A DNA stretch of 64,000 bases from Thecamonas trahens ATCC 50062 (taxonomy: Eukaryota > Protista > Apusomonadida), in NCBI RefSeq assembly GCF_000142905.1, contig NW_013657626.1, positions 1 to 64,000 of the forward strand, in the 5' to 3' direction. A program made the position numbers and the translations under genes. Below the pieces are notes generated by a model. That model was not told where the DNA came from, made no database searches, and saw only the letters and a list, made by a program, of their open reading frames with translations. Below are positions 56,323-64,000 of the stretch, piece by piece; within the stretch, counting starts at the first letter, position 1, and each line of letters opens with the position of its first letter.

Positions 56323-57181
56323 GGTCAGTCACACCCGCTTGCACTCTGCTGCAAATGTAGAGCTCACGCAAGTAGTCAGGTGCCTGCCTCCCATTCGCAC
56401 ACGTATCTGGTGACGAGGTCTCACAGTAGCCGCTGCCGGCCAATCGATGGTCCCCGGAGTCCCGAGCCGCTGAGCCGCTTCGCCGGTCAGTAGCAAACGA
56501 ATGCGCAGACGCAAGCCGCCGACAACTGGTCGCTTCGCACGCGCGATGCAGTACAGACGTACGCTCTTGTTTGCTTTGATCACTCGCATCGCACTGCATC
56601 TATGTCGTCCGCTCTGAACCTGTGTCTGCCGTTATCGCATGTGTTGACTATGTGCCACACGGTTGCCTTGCAAGCTGCGAGGCCATCCACGATCAGAGTC
56701 AAGGGAGGCGGGTAAGCTTGGGAATTAATGGGAGGAATAGGTTGGGTGTAGATGATCTAGTACAGCTGGTTGACGACGATGCAGCAAGAGTGATCAATAG
56801 CCATGCCAATGGAACGTAGTTCGGTCCGAGGCAAGCGACGAGGACTAGGAAGTGCGCGATGATGAGCTGGCGCGCGGGGCGATCAGCAGCGATTTGTGGG
56901 TAGAACTGCTTCTCGACACGATCGATCGTGGGAGTGCATGGTCGGCTTCCTGTGCAGGAGAGAGTATTGTAATATTGCAATGACGGGGGGGAGCAGGCGA
57001 AGCGAGAGGTGGGCAGGAATGGGCAGCGAGCGGAGGGCGGTGAGTGACGGGCGGCGGAGATTCGGCAGATTTCGTTGCGGCGGGCGACGGCGAGGAGCAG
57101 GAGAGGGGAAAGGCGGAGAAGGAGCTTGCGGAGCTGGCACTGGACTCTCTTTACTCTTGTGTACCGTGTAGAAGGAGTGCC

Positions 57182-60100
57182 ATGTCCTGTGGGGAAGCAC
57201 ATGTGAGCGAGCTCGACCTCACAGCTGAAGAGCGTGCGCTCCTCCTTGCTGAACACCTTGCTGAACACCATGCAGGTTCTGGAGGTTCTGGAGGTTCTGG
57301 AGGTTCACAGCTCTTCGTTCTCTCTCGAATGGTCCAAAATGGTATCACCTGGCCTGGTGAACTGCGTCATGATCAGATACAGTCAATGGAGGATGATCAT
57401 GGCTCTTTTTCGTCTCATCGGCTTGATCCTCGTCGTCCTCGCTTGGCCACGGATGATGCAAGTAGCAACAGCAGTATCATGCTCATGGGCGAGAGTGACT
57501 TCCTCTTGGAGAGCTATGATGAAACTGCAGACGACGATCTCTCCTCGTCTGGTGGCGAAGTCGCCAGGCTTGATCTTGATGCTCAGGACCATGATCGCGC
57601 CGCCAGTGATGTCTCGCGGCTCGAGCTTGACGGCCTGGCAAAGAGGCGTGGGCTGGTGGCTGATGACTCGGCCACCGCAACGCTCAACGAGTCCGACACT
57701 GTGCCAGCACCTGGAGGTGTGCTCGACTCGTCACGCGATTGGCGCCGCCAGAAGAAGAAGCGCGCCCGACGAGAGCGGATGGAGCGGCTGCGGCGCGAGG
57801 CCAACGCCGCCAACGAGGTTGTCGCTCTCCGTGACCAGCTCAGTGTGTGGCAAGAGGCCGTGGCCGAGAAAGACGCTGCGCTTGTCAAGCGTGACGACGT
57901 GCTCACTCTCCTCTGTGCCGATCAAGAGCGTCTCGAATCCGAGCTCGCTGCCCAGCGGCAGCGGGTTGAGGAGCTCGAGGCGCGCGAGGCCGCGTACGAG
58001 GCCGCACTTCCGGCGCTTCCTAGCGACGAGGCCGACGCCACACTGGCGCTGTGGAAAGAGGCTGTGGCCGAGAAAAACGCCGCCATTGGGCAGCGTGATG
58101 CCATCCTCGAAGAGCTCTGCGCCAAGATGTCCGAGATGGAGGTCGAGCTCGGGACATGGAAAGACGCAGTGGCCGAGAAAAACGCCGCCATCAAGGAGCG
58201 CGACGAGGCACTGCTCCAGCTCTGCGATCTGCTTGACGAGGCCGAGCTCAACGAGAGCCTGGCAGCCGAGGCGCAGGAGGCTGTTGCCAACTCGCAGGCC
58301 GAGTTGCAAGAGGTCGCGCGCGAGCGCGATGCCCTAGCGCTGCAGGTACGCGCCGTCGCCGCCGACGCCGCGGCGCGGAGTGGTGTCGAGGCTGAGCTCA
58401 AGCGGGTGCTGGCCGAGCGCGATGCGCTCGCCGCCAAGGTTGCGGCAGCAGAAGCTGACGCCCTGGAGGTGGCACGGGCGCGTGCAGGCGCCGAAGCCGA
58501 CCTGCGGCGGGTGGTGGAAGAGCGAGACACGCTGCTAGCCCGGGTCGCGCGCGCGGACGCCGACATAGCCATCCTTCGGAAGGCGTCGGTCGGTGCTGCC
58601 GAGGCTGCGGCCGAGCGGGATGCGCTCGCTGAAAAGGTACTTGCGTCAGCCGGGGCCGAGGCCGAGCTCCGGCGGGTCTCGCATGAGCTCTCGGCGCTGG
58701 CGGAGCAGGTCGACGACGCCCAAGCTTCGGAGCAGGCCCGGGTTGAGACGGCGGCATTGCTCCGTGAGGTGGTGCAGGAGCGCGATGCGCTTGCGGCACG
58801 GCTGCATGTGCTGGAGGTCGAGCTCGAAGATGCCGTGCGTGGGCAGGCGGCGGCCGAGGCCGAGGCCCGGCGGGTGACAAAGGAGCGGAATGAGCTGGCG
58901 GCACAGTTGCGGGTTGAGGTCACGCAAGCTGCGGAGGCTCGTGCGTCTGCTGAGGCCGGGCTCCGCGCGCTCTCGGCCGAGCTGGGAGCGCTTGCTGGGC
59001 GGGTGGCGGTGAGTGAAGCGGATGATGTCGGAGGCAACGACGGTGGAGTTGTGGCACAGGTGGCCGCCATGACCGCTGATGCGCAAGCTGCAGTCTTGCA
59101 GCTCGACCGTCTGCAGCAGCAAATGGAGAGCCTTGCGCAGGAGCGCGACCAGGTGTCGGACCAGCTCGCCGCTGTGGTCGAAGAGCGGGACGCGATGTCG
59201 GCAGAGGTCGAGGCTGGCGTAGGCGAGCACGTCGCTGTCCTTGATGGGCTTCGGCTTCAGATGGGAGCTGTCGTTGCGGAGCGTGACCGGCTGGAGGTGC
59301 AACACAAGGCCGCGCTCGACGAAGTGGCGATAATTGCCAATGAGCGGGACGCAGTGTCCGCTCAATTGGTTGAGAAGAAGTCAGCGGTCGAGGATGCGAA
59401 GCTGCGAGTTGCGACGCTGACCGAGGAGCGAGACGCAATGTCGGCTCGGCTGGCTTTGCTAACTGACGAGCGGGATGCACAGGCTGTGGCGGTCGAGGAT
59501 GCGACGCTGCAGGTCGAGGCGCTCATTGATGAGCGAGACGCAATGTCGGCCCGGCTGGCGGCGCTAGCTGGCGAGCGGGATGCCCTGGCTGCACAGGTCG
59601 CGGCAGCCGACGACGTCAGGCTGCAGGTCGAGACGCTGACCGAGGAGCGAGATGCAATGTCGGCCCGGCTGGCGGCGCTGGCTGGCGAGCGGGATGCGCA
59701 GATCGCGGCAGCCGACGACGTCAGGCTGCAGGTTGAGACGCTGACCGAGGAGCGAGATGCAATGTCGGCCCGGCTGGCGGCGCTGGCTGACGAGCGGGAT
59801 GCCCTGGCTGCACAGGTCGCGGCAGCAGGCTGCAGGTTGAGACGCTGACCGAGGAGCGAGATGCAATGTCGGCCCGGCTGGCGGCGCTGGCTGGCGAGCG
59901 GGATGCGCAGATCGCGGCAGCCAACGACGTCAGGCTGCAGGTTGAGACGCTGACCGAGGAGCGAGATGCAATGTCGGCCCGGCTGGCGGCGCTGGCTGGC
60001 GAGCGGGATGCGCAGATCGCGGCAGCCAACGACGTCAGGCTGCAGGTTGAGACGCTGACCGAGGAGCGAGATGCAATGTCGGCCCGGCTGGCGGCGCTGG

Positions 60101-62231
60101 CTGGCGAGCGGGATGCGGAGATCGCGGCAGCCGACGACGTCAGGCTGCAAGTTGAGACGCTGACCGAGGAACGAGACGCAATGTCGGCGCGTCTTGCGTC
60201 TGTTACCAACGAGCGGAATGCTCTAGTTGGACGCGTCAAGGAGCAAGAGGCGACTCATGAGGCTCAGCTTCACGACCTGCGGGTGGAGCTAGGGGCCCGG
60301 GGTGCTACCACCCCGGTCATCGCGAGCGGTACCTTTTCCCAGGTCCGTGATACCGCACTTGCCCAGGCCTCGGCCGAGGCCAATGCCCACCTCGCTGCCG
60401 AACTGGCCAAAGCCCAGGTCCAGGCTGATGTCCGCCTGGCGAGTGCCCTCGCTACCGCTCGCGCGGATGCCGACACGAATCTTGCTCGCGCAGCGCGGCT
60501 AAGCGATGCCGCCCTCGCCCAGGCCTCGACCGAGGCCAATGCCCGCCTCGCTGCCGAACTGGCCAAAGCCCAGGTCCAGGCTGATGTCCGCCTGGCGAGT
60601 GCCCTCGCTACCGCTCGCGCGGATGCCGACACGAACTTGCTCGCGCAGCGCGGCTAAGCGATGCCGCCCTCGCCCAGGCCTCGACCGAGGCCAATGCCCG
60701 CCTCGCTGCCGAACTGGCCAAAGCCCAGGTCCAGGCTGATGTCCGCCTGGCGAGTGCCCTTGCAAGGTCACAGGCCGAACTTGTTGCGACACAGGCGTGT
60801 GCTGAGCGTCAGCTGCAGCAAGTTATGGCCGATGTATCTTCTCGCGTGAGCGACGCCGAGGCCGACGCCGAGGTCCACCTCGCGACTCTCCGGGCTGAGC
60901 CCACAGCCTCGTCCGAGGAGCTTGCGGAGCTGGAGGTGTCGCTGGCCGACGCGCTGGCTGCCCAGCATCAGCTGGCTGCACTCCTCGACGCTGCTGTCGC
61001 CGAACGCGATCAGGTTCAAGACACGCTTGCTGTCGCTGAAGATGAGCTTGCCCGGCTGGACGTCGAGCGCACCGAGCTCCACGCTGCCCTTGCAGATCGG
61101 ACCGAACGTCTCGAGGCCGAGAACGCGGCACTGCTTGCCGAGCTTGATGCCGCGACGGAGGCGAATGCGGCAATGGCCGCCGATCTCAAGGCCAATGCGT
61201 CGGCAATCTCGGACCGCATCGCAGCGCTGGAGACTGAACGTAAGATCTCCGAGCATGCGCAGGAGATGCTGAAGAAGGCGCTTGTTTCAGCACGGTCGAC
61301 GCCGCCACCAAATGAGGCAGACGATGCAGTCCTCGCCCTCGGTGCGCAGCTCAAGGCGGCCGAGTGCGAGCTGGTCAACCTTCGCCTCGCCACCCGCGAG
61401 AAGGACAAGCGTGTCGCCGCGGAAGTCGACGCCCTCCACGCCCGGATTGCCGACCTAGAGGGCGGTGCGTCAGGTGTAAGGACAGAGCAGCTTGAGGAAG
61501 CCCTCAAGGCCGCAAACGCCCGGTCGGTGGCGCTGCAGGAGACCGTCGACCAGCTTTTGGCGCGGCGGTCCGAGTGGATGATCGACCGCGCGCTGGTCGA
61601 TCCCGTCCTCCTCAGCCCGGTAGACAAGGGCGAGCCTGTGAGCACTATCGCTTCTCCAGGCGCCCGCCCGCTGCCGCGGGAGACCCACCGTGACGTGTAC
61701 GCCGCGCTCCGCGAGGCACGCGAGGCTGTCCGTCTCGCTGATCTGGAGCGTGATCAACTCGCCGCTCATGCCCGGGTCCTCGCCAAGGCCAACGCGGAGC
61801 TGCGATCCGAACTAGCAGCTGTCGGACGGCCGACTCTTGCTGCGCCCGAGCCGGCGATGCCACGCCCAGCTCTGGATGTTGCTGACGTGGAAGCACGGCT
61901 CAAGTCGGTGGTGGACAAGCTGCTTGGTGTGGCGCCGACGCCACCGCCGCTTGGTGTAGTGGTCAAGCAGGCTAAGGCGCCGCACGCCGGCTTGGTTGTC
62001 ACCAAGGTCGCGCCAGGCTCGCCCGCCGCCGCCGCGGGTCTGGCGCCGGGCGATCGGCTCACGCTTTGGAATGATGCCTTCCTCGCGACCAAGTCCGACC
62101 TCGGCGAGCAGCTGCGGCTTGCGCGCCAGCTTGTTGCTGCATCACGCGCCGCTGTTACGGTCGAGCTCTCGGTCGTTTCGCCCGCCGCCGACGAGCCCAC
62201 CACCCGCCAGCTCTCGATCCCTGTGGCGTAG
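57182..62231 (+). CDS. Giant coiled-coil protein with tandem repeats and C-terminal PDZ domain (two apparent frameshifts at about 59828 and 60636)
   Basis: ERDA heptad repeats. Three ORFs join if a 10-nt and a 1-nt deletion, visible against sister repeats, are corrected. PDZ: LGVVV..GLVVTKVAPGSPAAAAGLAPGDRL. Confidence 0.78.
59400..60200 (+). repeat. Coding tandem repeat, 105/114-bp units (35/38 aa), about 7 copies
   Basis: MSARLAALAGERDAQIAAANDVRLQVETLTEERDA unit, near-identical at the DNA level. Confidence 0.95.
60349..60760 (+). repeat. Coding tandem repeat, 156-bp unit (52 aa), about 2.6 copies
   Basis: ALAQAS(A/T)EANA(H/R)LAAELAKAQVQADVRLASAL repeated. Confidence 0.92.
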
Positions 62232-62469
62232 GCAGCCGTGTGGATACATGATTGTGGCAATGAGTAGGGAGGAGAGGAAGGTATGTGATAGTGTACGCTG
62301 TCTCTTGCGTGCACTTGGGCCAGCCACATCGAGGCGATCACAAAGAGATGGGTGCAGATGATGGGATTCACGTGGCGATCAAGTAAGAGGCAGAGCAGGA
62401 CGGCGTGGGCATTGCGGCAGTCAGCCGGCCGCGTTTCACGTGGCGACATTTGACGCTTGCAACTCCATC

Positions 62470-64000
62470 ATGTTTAAGGTATGTATACGTAAGAGAGGTG
62501 AGCATGTAGAGGAGAGTATGGGCAACATGACAGTGTACTTACCAATGAGAGAGTGTGTGATTATGGTCATGACTATGTGTAGCAAGGTGAGGGACTGTAC
62601 GACATGTGCCTTCTTGGCAACGACAAAGTCTCTGAAGAGGGCTTCATGGAGAACCTTACCACACGGTTCAACACGCGGAATATCTATGTATGTGCTACCA
62701 TACTCTACATGCATACATTCCCTCTCTTTACACTCCCCCTTCTCATCTCCCCCCCCTTTCCGCCATCCCTATACCCCCCCCCCCCCCCCTTCCTCCCCCC
62801 CCCCCCCCTCCACGTCGTCGTGGTCTGACCGTCCGACTGTTTCCGGTGAAATTTCTCCGCCGCACCAAAGTTTTGTGGTGCAGCCATGGATTTTACCAGC
62901 TCGTTGATGGCCACAACGACATGCATCGCATCGATGACACCAATGACACTGATCATGGAGATCACGACGATCACGTTGATCACGATGATCACGTCGATCA
63001 CATCGATCACGTCGATCACGTCGATCGCATCGATCACGTCGATCGCATCGATCACGTCAATCACACCAACGATGTCGATCACGTCGCGTCGATCACGTCA
63101 ATCACACCAACAACATCGATCACGTCAACCACACCCATCACTTCAACCACACCCATCACATCAACCACACCCATCACTTCAATCACACTCACCATTCTCT
63201 CACACCCGCACAGACGTACATCGGCGAACAAGTGGTTTCGGTCAACCCGTTCTGCTACCTCGACATGTACTCGGAGGCGACCATGGACGAGTACATCGGC
63301 CGCGCCATGTACGAGGTCTCGCCGCACATCTATGCGCTGGCGGACGACACGTACCGTGAGCTGATGTCGAGCAAGGAGAACCAGTGCGTGCTCATCACCG
63401 GCGAGTCAGGCGCCGGCAAGACCGAAGCGTCGAAGATCTTCATGCAGTACATTGCGTACATCTCGTCGTCGTCGTCGATGGCCGGCGACATCAAGGACAA
63501 GCTCCTCAAGTCGAACCCAATCTTGGAGGCGTTTGGCAACGCAACGACGCTGCGGAACAACAACTCGTCGCGATTCGGCAAGTACATGGAGATCCAGTTT
63601 GACTACGGCGGAGCGCCCGTCGGTGGGCGCATCTCGCAGTACCTGCTGGAAAAGTCGCGTGTGGTGACCCGTGGCGAGGGCGAGCGCTCGTTCCACGTCT
63701 TTTATCAGCTGCTCTCGCAGACTGGCCGGCTCGCTGCGCTCTCGCTCGACGCCGACCCGTCGGCGTACAACTACCTCGCGTGCTCAGGCTTGTACTCGGT
63801 CCCAGGCATTCGCGATGCCGCCGACTTTAAGGAAATGGAGAACGCCATGCGAGTGCTTGGGTGGGCCAAGGCCGACCTTGACAACTGCATGCGCATTCTT
63901 GCTGCCATCCTGCACCTTGGCAACCTCGACTTTGAGCCGGACGCACGCGCGTCAGCCGACCTCAACACCGACTGTGTGGCGGTGTCGAACCCGCAGCTCC
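62470..64000 (+). CDS. MYO1: Class I myosin heavy chain, 5' part; exons 62470-62478, 62583-62687, 63214 to beyond 64000
   Basis: Spliced MFK|QGEGLYDMCLL..ENLTTRFNTRNIY|TYIGEQVVSVNPF, PHIYALAD, P-loop GESGAGKTEASK, LEAFGNATTLRNNNSSRFGKY, YLLEKSRV. The very short N-terminus is typical of class I. Confidence 0.92.
62925..63185. repeat. Intronic degenerate 9/18-bp repeats (GATCACGTC; ACACCCATCACTTCAACC)
   Basis: Visible inside myosin intron 2. Confidence 0.85.

Noticed and set aside
3133-62449. Numerous long antisense/shadow ORFs, e.g. 14631-15950, 20177-21409, 53733-55274, 57922-59070
   Set aside because: Expected by-product of high GC3 codon bias opposite real genes; they carry no motifs.
62925-63185. 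(DHV)n His/Asp-rich ORF
   Set aside because: It lies within myosin intron 2, whose boundaries restore the conserved IYTYIG motif.
1-64000. tRNA, rRNA, CRISPR, prophage or transposase genes
   Set aside because: None recognisable by eye. A tRNAscan-SE/Infernal run would be needed to exclude small ncRNAs.

Overview
GC-rich, gene-dense eukaryotic (protist) genomic DNA with few introns, not prokaryotic. The style is consistent with an apusomonad such as Thecamonas trahens, but that is an inference. It shows short GT-AG introns clustered at gene 5' ends, poly-C/CA-filled introns, two N gaps and homopolymer indels. About 23 protein-coding loci can be read, in order: a repeat/MITE-like region (1-2650); reprolysin-type metalloprotease; ATG18/WIPI; PH-SAM-ankyrin protein; M28 aminopeptidase; OFA-type MFS; LUC7; second MFS; choline/ethanolamine phosphotransferase; secreted LamG-like protein; UCP/OGC-type mitochondrial carrier; receptor-type class III cyclase; hybrid histidine kinase; Cys-less glutathione-peroxidase-fold protein; membrane cyclophilin; LCAT/PLA2; PPR protein; RhoGAP; CH-LIM-HR1-like protein; CBM48 protein; coiled-coil protein; LBP/BPI; EF-hand TKL kinase; giant coiled-coil-PDZ protein; and the 5' part of a class I myosin. 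Four leads stand out. (1) A tail-anchored hybrid histidine kinase with a DosS/DosT-like HPP heme-GAF motif and an N-terminal CP motif, a candidate eukaryotic O2/NO/CO sensor, lying tail-to-tail with a catalytically dead GPx-fold protein. (2) A receptor pseudo-cyclase. (3) A multi-EF-hand/zinc-finger/TKL kinase. (4) A tandem TIR element next to an inverted-repeat-bracketed mosaic metalloprotease. All domain calls are by eye from motifs; no database searches were run.
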